Shown one piece after another: positions 9,355 through 16,941 of a stretch of 24,619 nt of DNA. The notes under the pieces were generated by a model, which was not told the DNA's origin, ran no database searches, and was given only the letters and a program-made list of their open reading frames with translations. The stretch comes from a virus. Lineage: Duplodnaviria; Caudoviricetes. Positions within the stretch are counted from its first letter, which is position 1. Each line of letters starts with the position of its first letter. The DNA lies in IMG/VR virus record IMGVR_UViG_3300037458_000123, positions 1 through 24,619 of that record; one strand, 5' to 3'. The position numbers were made by a program, and so were the translations under genes.

Positions 9355-9834
9355 ATGGCAGCAATAAACTTTCCAAGCACACCGTCAAACGGACAAATTC
9401 ATACAGAGAATGGAATTACATACTCATACAATTCCACAACTCAGTCTTGGAATAGAATTGTTCCATCTACGACTGGATGTATCGCATTTGGTATTGATGG
9501 TGGAGGTTCTGCTATAACTGCCGGACAAAAAGGAACAATAGAGGTTCCTTATGACTTTGATATTATTCGTTGGACGATTATTGCTGATCAGTCTGGTAGT
9601 GCAAATATTGATATGTGGTCAAGAGACTATAGCACAACACTTCCTACTGCTGCCAATTCTGTCACGGGAAATATTGGCATGACATTAAGTGCTGCCACTG
9701 CTAATCAAAGTTCAGCCATAAGCAATTGGAGAATGACACGACTAAATGCCGGAAATGTCATAACTTTTAATGTTCAATCGTCGTCTACAATAACAAGAGC
9801 GATTATTAATCTCTATGGAAGAAAAGGGCAATAA
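9355..9834 (+). CDS. Hypothetical virion/fibre-associated protein (159 aa)
   Basis: AAGGA SD. N-terminal INFPSTPSNGQIHTENGITYSYNSTTQSW module of the kind seen at the start of T4-like phage fibre proteins, then a GIDGGGSAITAGQKG beta-sandwich-like domain. Confidence 0.65.
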   Translation: MAAINFPSTPSNGQIHTENGITYSYNSTTQSWNRIVPSTTGCIAFGIDGGGSAITAGQKGTIEVPYDFDIIRWTIIADQSGSANIDMWSRDYSTTLPTAANSVTGNIGMTLSAATANQSSAISNWRMTRLNAGNVITFNVQSSSTITRAIINLYGRKGQ

Positions 9835-10530
9835 ATGCCATCTGTTACATTGTTGGCATCAGGTACTGATAGGTCTGTAACATCTTACGTTACGTCATCT
9901 TTTACTCCTCCAGATAACTGTGTTTTGGTTGTCATTTGTGGATATGGAGACGGGCGTGCTGCTGGTAGAGTCGCACCATCAATTTCTGGCGGAGGGCTTT
10001 CATGGACTTCTATTGGTGCAGTTCAAGGCGCACAGTGGGATATAAGTGTTGCAGCGTGGTATGCAGAAGTAACAAGTGGTTCATCAATGACCACAACACT
10101 AACGCAAAGTGTTGCTGATGCTTTTGGAAACGGTGTTGGTGTTTGCGTTTATGCTGTTACTGGATATGACACATCTGATCCTATTGGTCTTTCACATATT
10201 GTTGCAGTTGGAACTTCTTATAATTCATCATATGCTGGATCGTTTGGTGGAACCCCCGCAGGAACAAGTAAGTTGCTTGTTGTTGGATATGTTGATAATC
10301 CTGGAGTTGTTTCTGGAGATATAACAGCAGGCTCTGGATATACATCTGACGTTTTTCTTGCTGATGACGATGCAACACACTTTGGTATGCGTGGCGAGCA
10401 ATCTAATGGTTTACTTGCCACAACTGCCAACTTTTCACTCCTTGATGCGACATTCTCCTATGGAGTTGTTGGTATTGAAGTTAAGATAGCATCTCCATCA
10501 GAAAGGTTTATAACAATTGTTTATTACTAA
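9835..10530 (+). CDS. Hypothetical beta-rich protein (231 aa), possible adhesin
   Basis: ATG directly after the upstream TAA. Ser/Gly/Val/Thr-rich beta-strand pattern. Confidence 0.6.
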   Translation: MPSVTLLASGTDRSVTSYVTSSFTPPDNCVLVVICGYGDGRAAGRVAPSISGGGLSWTSIGAVQGAQWDISVAAWYAEVTSGSSMTTTLTQSVADAFGNGVGVCVYAVTGYDTSDPIGLSHIVAVGTSYNSSYAGSFGGTPAGTSKLLVVGYVDNPGVVSGDITAGSGYTSDVFLADDDATHFGMRGEQSNGLLATTANFSLLDATFSYGVVGIEVKIASPSERFITIVYY

Positions 10531-10588
10531 TAAATACTAAATTAAATGCCAGAATCAAATCTCTAGAGTTGGTATTGATGAATAAATA
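10529..10588 (+). promoter_or_regulatory. Two tandem late promoter boxes (AATAAATA at 10529-10536 and 10581-10588)
   Basis: 7/8 matches to TATAAATA in the intergenic gap before the S74 fibre. Confidence 0.6.
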
Positions 10589-10611
10589 AGACATAATATA
10601 GGAAACAATTT

Positions 10612-12303
10612 ATGGCCACGTTAAAAGTAGCAAACGTTCATTTCAGTAACACATCAACCATAAGAATGGAACATGTTGGTGCTGACAATGTTCTTAGAAT
10701 TCAAGCAAATGCTATGCTCATGCCTGTTGGTACCACAGTAAATAGACCTACAGGTACTCCAGGACTTATTCGATATAACTCTTCTCTTGGACAGTTTGAA
10801 GGATACAATGCTTCTGCTTGGGGTGCAATTGGTGGCATTGCAGATGTATCATCACCATTCACGCAAGCAAACATCTCAAGCGAAATTGCTAATGCGGCAT
10901 TTCTTTCTGCCAATACTGCGCAAATCAAAGGTAATGCGGCACATTCAACTGCCAACACCGCAGTAACCAATGCTTCCACAGCACAAGATAAAGGTGCAGC
11001 TGCACATCTACATGCCAATGCCGCATATTCTACTGCCAATACCGCAGTCACAAATGCTGCCACTGCACAAGCAAAAGGTGCTGCCGCACACGAAACTGCC
11101 AATACTATCGGACAATCTGTATATACTTTCAATGGTAACAAGACTTATACTGGAACACAAACTTTTAATAACACTGTTGCATTCAATCAGGCAGCATCAT
11201 TCGCTCAACCAACAACATTTAATAATTGGTATGTAGTCAATAATAGTCAGGCAGTATTTAACTGGAATATTTCCACTCCTCCTGCTAATTATTATAATCA
11301 ATTACAATTAGAAATCCGAGCAACAAGTGGAACAGCAGGTATTGGTCTTCATCGATCAGGGTTCTCACATGTAGGTATCTATCATGATACGACAAATGTT
11401 CTGAAATTCAACATGAGTTCCGGAACTGTTACACTCAATCACAATGCAGGAACTCTCTGGGGAACTGGAAATCATGGTAACGGATCGGGACTACACGCAG
11501 ACTTACTAGACGGATATCATGCAAGTGCATTTGCCCTTACAACAGGAACAGTGTTTACAGGCGAAACATATTGTGATGCAGGAATTCATGCCACCATCTT
11601 TAGAGATCGAAACGATCCTTGGACTTACTATGCTGATATGAATGCCACATCGATGTTCAACGATCTTCGTGCCAACATTTTCTATCAAAGAGAAGATACA
11701 AACGCATACTTTGCCAGAGGAGAATTGCGCCTTCGAGGTGGTGATCCGACTATTCGACTAAGAGATTGGGACAATTATGGTTGTGCTATTCATAATAATA
11801 GCAATCTTTTGTATATTCTTGGAACTCCTGTGGACGATCCCAATTGGAGACAGATAAACGGTCAGTGGCCATTCTATTTTAATTTGTCCAATAATGATGC
11901 AGTTTGTGGCGGAACATTTTATGCAGTATCAAATATCGTTGCTTATTCATCAGATCAACGACTCAAGGAAAATCTAAGACATATTTCAACACCACTCGAA
12001 AAGATAAAATCCCTTAATGGTTATGTTTTCGATTGGAAAGATAAAGTTGATGAACTTGGATTTACTCCTCCAAGCAAAAAAGACGATTGTGGATTGATTG
12101 CACAGGAGGTTCAAAAGGTTGTTCCTCAGGCAGTCTTTGCAGCACCATTTGACAAGCAATATGATGCAAATACGGACAGTTATATCAGTAAAAGTGGAGA
12201 AGATTATCTTACAGTTCAACTCGATAAGTTGGTTCCACTGCTTGTAGAAGCAATCAAGGAACTTTCTAGAGAAGTGGACGAACTCAAATCAAAACTAAAA
12301 TAA
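10612..12303 (+). CDS. Tail fibre protein with C-terminal intramolecular chaperone (Peptidase_S74)
   Basis: AYSSDQRLKEN...LEKIKSLNGYVFDW...GLIAQEVQKVVP...LVPLLVEAIKEL is the S74 signature. PVGTTVNRP..GLIRYNSSLGQFEGY fibre motif, short Ala/Asn coiled coil and GSGLHADLLDG motif. Confidence 0.85.
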   Translation: MATLKVANVHFSNTSTIRMEHVGADNVLRIQANAMLMPVGTTVNRPTGTPGLIRYNSSLGQFEGYNASAWGAIGGIADVSSPFTQANISSEIANAAFLSANTAQIKGNAAHSTANTAVTNASTAQDKGAAAHLHANAAYSTANTAVTNAATAQAKGAAAHETANTIGQSVYTFNGNKTYTGTQTFNNTVAFNQAASFAQPTTFNNWYVVNNSQAVFNWNISTPPANYYNQLQLEIRATSGTAGIGLHRSGFSHVGIYHDTTNVLKFNMSSGTVTLNHNAGTLWGTGNHGNGSGLHADLLDGYHASAFALTTGTVFTGETYCDAGIHATIFRDRNDPWTYYADMNATSMFNDLRANIFYQREDTNAYFARGELRLRGGDPTIRLRDWDNYGCAIHNNSNLLYILGTPVDDPNWRQINGQWPFYFNLSNNDAVCGGTFYAVSNIVAYSSDQRLKENLRHISTPLEKIKSLNGYVFDWKDKVDELGFTPPSKKDDCGLIAQEVQKVVPQAVFAAPFDKQYDANTDSYISKSGEDYLTVQLDKLVPLLVEAIKELSREVDELKSKLK

Positions 12304-12312
12304 GGAGACCCA

Positions 12313-13110
12313 ATGACTGTTAAATCTGGTGGTTCTCTTGCTATGAATGAAATCAATGATGAATACGGTAGAGGAACGAATCTAAACTCATATCGCAACA
12401 CAGGTCGATTTGATCCCTGGGACAACTGGGGAAACTTCTCTGGTGGTTCTATAGGTTTTGCGGACTTCTATAACACATCCAATCATAGAAAAACTGTTTC
12501 TGTTGTTCCAAGAAATAATGATGCCAATGCATATCGACCAGGACATCATGTTTGGAACTACGAAAGTTTAGCATACGTGGGTATTGCATGGAATAGTTCA
12601 TCAAGCAGTGAATCATATCAGTATTACAATTGGGACGGAGTTGGCTCAGATCATCAACTAAGTGCTGTTGATAATGGAGATTCGGAACACAAAGGAATTG
12701 CAATGGCATTGAAAAATGTCTATGCGGACGATTATGATAAAACCATGCTTGGCAGATTTAGTACCAACGCAGATTTTTATTGCTCATTGGCATTGGTTGG
12801 TGGTTCATCGGGATGGGGGTGTGCTTGGGCTTCTGCAAGAGGAAGTGGACCTAGTTATCCAATAACATATGATCTTTATTTGTTAAAAAATGATGTTGTT
12901 GTTAGTGCTGGTAATCATAGAACTAATGGAGGGCAAACTCAATTTTGGATGAATCTTCACACTTCCTTTGTGTATGGAGATGGTTCTAGAAGACTTTTCT
13001 ATTATATTGTTCCTTCAGAGGGAAGCTACCAGTTTACGCTTACCGCAAGTGACAATAAACAGCAATGGTGTGATATTACTGCAATTTATCGTGGCGGCGG
13101 GTTTGGATAA
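12313..13110 (+). CDS. Putative fibre-tip adhesin / receptor-binding protein (265 aa)
   Basis: AAGGAG SD. Directly follows an S74 fibre. N-terminus MTVKSGGSLAMNEINDEYG...GGSIGFADFY resembles the small docking domain often found on genes after S74 fibres. Aromatic-rich C-terminal part. Confidence 0.55.
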   Translation: MTVKSGGSLAMNEINDEYGRGTNLNSYRNTGRFDPWDNWGNFSGGSIGFADFYNTSNHRKTVSVVPRNNDANAYRPGHHVWNYESLAYVGIAWNSSSSSESYQYYNWDGVGSDHQLSAVDNGDSEHKGIAMALKNVYADDYDKTMLGRFSTNADFYCSLALVGGSSGWGCAWASARGSGPSYPITYDLYLLKNDVVVSAGNHRTNGGQTQFWMNLHTSFVYGDGSRRLFYYIVPSEGSYQFTLTASDNKQQWCDITAIYRGGGFG

Positions 13111-13113
13111 ATA
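13106..13113 (+). promoter_or_regulatory. Late promoter box (GATAAATA) overlapping the upstream stop
   Basis: 17 nt before the gp13 ATG and followed by an AAGGAG SD. Confidence 0.65.
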
Positions 13114-13130
13114 GATTAAAGGAGTAAATC

Positions 13131-13886
13131 ATGGCAAATCCCAATCCACGTCCAGCATCACGAGAAGAACTCAAAGAATATTGTCTGAGACAATTGGGTG
13201 CTCCAGTTGTTCAAATCAATGTGGATGATGATCAGGTTGAGGATGCTATAGATAATGCACTTCAATACTTTCAAGACTTTCACTCAGATGGTATTGAACG
13301 TTGGTATCTCAAGCATCAGATTACCGAAGACGACAAGACAAATCAGTACATTCCAATCACTGAAAACATCATTGGAGTCACAAGAATCTTTCCATTTGGA
13401 AGTACAAATGCTTCTGTAAACATGTTCGATCTTCGTTATCAGTTGCGACTTCACGAACTCTATGACTTCACAAGCACATCCTATGTGAACTACGTGATGA
13501 CTCAGCAGCATATTCGCACACTGGACATGCTCTTTTCTGGAGAAGTTCCCATTCGTTTCAATCGTCATACAGACAAACTCTATATTGATTGGGACTGGAA
13601 AAACGACGCAGATGTAGGAGATTGGATCATCATTGAAGGATTCATCATTGCTGATCCCGACACATACACAGATGTTTACAATGATCGTCTACTCAAAAAA
13701 CTGGCAACTGCTTATATCAAAAAGCAGTGGGGAATTAACATGAAGAAGTATCAAAATGTTCAAATGCCAGGTGGAGTGATGCTCAATGGACAAGCAACAT
13801 TTGATGAAGCAGTAGATGAAATTGAAAAATTGGAAGCATTGATTCGTTCTAGTCACGAGCCGCCGCCAGGATTTACCCTTGGATAA
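13131..13886 (+). CDS. gp13: Neck protein gp13
   Basis: ELKEYCLRQLGAPVVQINVDDDQVED...QYFQDFH and KQWGINMKKY...MPGGVMLNG motifs. First gene of the canonical 13-14-15-16-17-18-19-20 order. Confidence 0.92.
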   Translation: MANPNPRPASREELKEYCLRQLGAPVVQINVDDDQVEDAIDNALQYFQDFHSDGIERWYLKHQITEDDKTNQYIPITENIIGVTRIFPFGSTNASVNMFDLRYQLRLHELYDFTSTSYVNYVMTQQHIRTLDMLFSGEVPIRFNRHTDKLYIDWDWKNDADVGDWIIIEGFIIADPDTYTDVYNDRLLKKLATAYIKKQWGINMKKYQNVQMPGGVMLNGQATFDEAVDEIEKLEALIRSSHEPPPGFTLG

Positions 13887-13889
13887 ATA
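13882..13889 (+). promoter_or_regulatory. Late promoter box (GATAAATA) for the endonuclease gene
   Basis: Overlaps the gp13 TAA and is followed by AAGGAG and ATG 13911. Confidence 0.6.
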
Positions 13890-13910
13890 AATTATTACAA
13901 GGAGATTTTT

Positions 13911-14585
13911 ATGTCAGTCATATATAAAGCAACAAATAGAATCAATGGAAAGTCTTATATTGGATTTTCTACTAACTATAGCAAAAGAAAAAAAAGACAC
14001 GAGAAAAGAAAACATGGAGAATACTTTCACAAAGCATTGAAAAAATATGGAGTTGAAAATTTTGAATGGACGATTCTCAAAGAAAATGCGATTCTTGAAG
14101 ATGAAATTCAATTCATCGAAGAATATCAAACTTTTTGGGAATATGGAAAAGGATATAATCTAACTAAAGGTGGTGAAGGTTGTCTTGGAAGAATTGTAAG
14201 TGATGAAACAAAAGAAAAAATTTCTGAATCTGTAAAAATTCTTCATAAAAATTCTGATTATAGAAAAAAAATAATCGAATCTTGGACCGAAGAGAGAAAA
14301 CAAAAAGCAAGAGAATCAATGATTGGGGACAAAAATCTTTTTTACGGTGATCGCAGATTTGCAGGAGAAAACAACCCATTTTATGGAAAACAGCATGATC
14401 CTGAACTAAAAAAACGAATGAATGAAAAAACTAGTCAAACTATGAAAGGAAAACCACCAAACAATGCAGAATGGACTAAAGGAACATTCTGGTGGAATAA
14501 TGGAATAGTAAATAAAAGAAGCAAAACTTGTCCTGGTAATGACTGGAAAAGGGGAACTATTAAAATGAATAAATCGGGAGCATAG
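13911..14585 (+). mobile_element. Free-standing GIY-YIG (Seg-like) homing endonuclease gene with NUMOD3-like repeats
   Basis: VIYKATNRINGKSYIG...R...H...E...GYN catalytic domain. SDETKEKISES and GENNPFYGKQH NUMOD3-like motifs. More A-rich than its flanks. Inserted between gp13 and gp14. Confidence 0.9.
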
Positions 14586-14589
14586 TGTC

Positions 14590-15462
14590 ATCGGGACAAA
14601 TCCATACTTTCGCAACTTTTCTGCAACAAGAACCAACGAACAACTACTGTATGAAGACCTAATATCTGAAAGTGTTCAAATCAACGGACACGACATTTAT
14701 TATCTTCCGCGAGAATCATGGGACGGAACTGATTCTCTTTTTGGAGAAGCAGTCAATAGCAAGTTTGAACGTGCATATCAGATGGAAATGTATATTGATG
14801 ATGCCACTCAGTTCACTGGTGATCAAGATTTTTTCTCAAAGATGGGTTTGGAAATAAGAGATCAGTCCCGATTTACTGTCTCTCGTAGAACATTTGAAAA
14901 GTATGTTCCCTCAACAATTGCGTCTAGACCAAGAGAAGGTGATCTTCTTTGGGTTCCAGTGATGCAACGTATTTTTGAGATCAAGTTCGTTGAAGAAGAA
15001 AATTATCATTTCTCTCTTGGAAACAAGATGCCCTATGTCTATGAATTGCGTTGTGAACTCTTTCGTTACTCTTCTGAGACAATTAATACCGGAATTGATG
15101 AAATTGACGACATTGACGACGAAAATTCATATACCATACAGGTCATTATCTCTGGTGAGGGAGACTTCCAGATCGGAGAAACAATCTATCAGGGAACATC
15201 ACTTGCCAATGCCACAATGACTGCTGTTGTCACGGATTGGGATAATGCCAACAATGCACTTTATTTGACAGATATTATCGGTTCAATCTCTGGTGGAGCA
15301 AACATTACTGGTGTAATGTCAAATACCTCTTACTCTGTTACTGTAGTTGATGTTCTTGGTGATTATGTCATCAATGACGCATTCGACAATAAGATCATTC
15401 AAGATGAAGCAAATACATTTGTGGACTTATCAGAAGCAAATCCTTTCGGGAGTACAAATTAA
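14590..15462 (+). CDS. gp14: Neck protein gp14; conserved N-terminus extends 64 codons upstream of the first ATG, probable ATC start
   Basis: In frame from 14590: (I)GTNPYFRNFSATRTNEQLLYEDLISESVQINGHDIYYLPRE...LFGE...MEMY...RPREGDLLW...ELFRYSSE...ANPFG. In-frame TGA at 14566-14568. GGAG at 14577-14580. Confidence 0.88.
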   Translation: MGTNPYFRNFSATRTNEQLLYEDLISESVQINGHDIYYLPRESWDGTDSLFGEAVNSKFERAYQMEMYIDDATQFTGDQDFFSKMGLEIRDQSRFTVSRRTFEKYVPSTIASRPREGDLLWVPVMQRIFEIKFVEEENYHFSLGNKMPYVYELRCELFRYSSETINTGIDEIDDIDDENSYTIQVIISGEGDFQIGETIYQGTSLANATMTAVVTDWDNANNALYLTDIIGSISGGANITGVMSNTSYSVTVVDVLGDYVINDAFDNKIIQDEANTFVDLSEANPFGSTN

Positions 15463-16491
15463 GTGTTAAGCAACCATTACTTCTATTATAGGGTGTTAAG
15501 AAAGTACGTCATCACATTTGGTACTCTATTCAATCAGATTACCATGATTCGCAAGACAGATGACGGTACTGAAATTCAACGCATCAAAGTTCCTTTGGTT
15601 TATTCTCCAAAAGAACGGTATGTCACTCGTCTTGAATCAGACCCAGACCTAACGCGCCAAGTTCAAGCAATTCTTCCTCGTATGGCATTTGAAATTACCA
15701 GCATCACATACGATCCTGCACGCAAACAAAACACAATGCACCGTATTGCCAAGGGGGATAATGCATCGCGCACCGCATCACAATACGTCGGTGTTCCCTA
15801 TGATATCAATTTTCAATTGACAATCTATGCACGTAACGTTGATGACGGCACACATATCGTTGAGCAGATTCTTCCTTATTTCACACCAGACTTTACTCTG
15901 ACAATTGACCCAATTCCAGAGTTGGGATTTCTAAAAGATATTCCAGTTATTCTTGACTCAGTAGAACCAGTCATTACCTATGAAGGGAACTGGGAAGCAG
16001 TTCGTTACGTCACTTGGACTCTCAACTTTTCTCTCAAGGGATACTTCTGGGGTCCAATTTCTACACCAAAGATTATTCGCAAGTCTATTGCCAACATCTT
16101 CAACGATCCAAGTTTGGTCACGGGATACGTTATTCGTATAAATACAGGTGCTGGAAATAATGGCACATTTCAAATACAAGATACGGTGTATCAAGGCAAC
16201 AATTATCAGACTGCAAATGCATATGGTGTGGTTGTTGATTGGAATTCAGACAATAATCGACTTGTCATTGGTGGAGCACAGGGACAGTGGTTGGTCAATA
16301 ATACTGTCCGAGCAGCATCAACAAATGCAGCATATACCATCGAGAGTTTTGATGCATCACCAATGAAACTGACACAGATTACTGTTGAACCCGATCCAAT
16401 TGATGCAGAACCAGGAGATGATTTTGGTTACACTGAAACAATTATTGAGTGGCCCGATACGGACCCAAGTGCTAATGGAGCAAACAACTAA
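15463..16491 (+). CDS. gp15: Tail sheath stabiliser / tail completion protein gp15
   Basis: YFY..LRKYVITFGTLFN, IKVPLVYSPKE, LPRMAFE, QILPYFTP and WTLNFSLKGYFWGP motifs. GTG start directly after the gp14 TAA. Confidence 0.92.
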   Translation: MLSNHYFYYRVLRKYVITFGTLFNQITMIRKTDDGTEIQRIKVPLVYSPKERYVTRLESDPDLTRQVQAILPRMAFEITSITYDPARKQNTMHRIAKGDNASRTASQYVGVPYDINFQLTIYARNVDDGTHIVEQILPYFTPDFTLTIDPIPELGFLKDIPVILDSVEPVITYEGNWEAVRYVTWTLNFSLKGYFWGPISTPKIIRKSIANIFNDPSLVTGYVIRINTGAGNNGTFQIQDTVYQGNNYQTANAYGVVVDWNSDNNRLVIGGAQGQWLVNNTVRAASTNAAYTIESFDASPMKLTQITVEPDPIDAEPGDDFGYTETIIEWPDTDPSANGANN

Positions 16492-16941
16492 GTGAAACAG
16501 AATGATAAAAATGTGAGCAAAGCAGTTTTGGCAGAGGTACTAGGAATTGATGATCACAAAGAACTCATAGTTCCTAAAAAGCAATCACAAGAATTGGAAC
16601 CTGTTCACGAAAATAATGCAGATGTTGAGGCCGACTATAAGTTGTCGAGAGACACGCTTAAAAAATTAATTGCAACTGGTAATCAGGCTGTTGTTACTTT
16701 GGCAGATTTGGCAGATGCATCTCAGCAAGCAAGAGTCTATGAAGTTTTAGCAACACTTATTAAGACTGTTGGAGAAACAACCAATTCTCTTTATGACATT
16801 CATAAAAAGACACGAGAACTAAAAGGTGTTTCTGGTGAAAAGAAAACACTTGAATCCCCAGAAGGAATAAATATTGACAAGGCGGTATTTTTGGGAACTA
16901 CTGCCGAACTTCTCGATCAACTAAAAGGTAAAAAAGACTAA
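16492..16941 (+). CDS. gp16: Terminase small subunit gp16
   Basis: DYKLSRDTL...ARVYEVLATLIK...AVFLGTTAELL motifs and position directly before gp17. Confidence 0.85.
   Translation: MKQNDKNVSKAVLAEVLGIDDHKELIVPKKQSQELEPVHENNADVEADYKLSRDTLKKLIATGNQAVVTLADLADASQQARVYEVLATLIKTVGETTNSLYDIHKKTRELKGVSGEKKTLESPEGINIDKAVFLGTTAELLDQLKGKKD
16866..16873 (+). promoter_or_regulatory. Possible internal late promoter (AATAAATA) upstream of gp17
   Basis: Box lies inside gp16, 67 nt before the gp17 ATG. It could be a chance match in AT-rich coding DNA. Confidence 0.35.

Noticed and set aside
10545-10576. Hairpin or palindrome (CTCTAGAG) in the intergenic gap
   Set aside because: It is short and imperfect, and compatible with chance.
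13887-14589. Group I intron housing the GIY-YIG gene and splicing gp13 to gp14
   Set aside because: gp13 ends at its normal C-terminus. Only 24 nt and 4 nt of non-coding flank exist, leaving no room for a ribozyme core, so the endonuclease is free-standing.
14782-15462. gp14 starting at ATG 14782 as in the ORF track
   Set aside because: This would drop 64 codons of recognisably conserved gp14 N-terminus.
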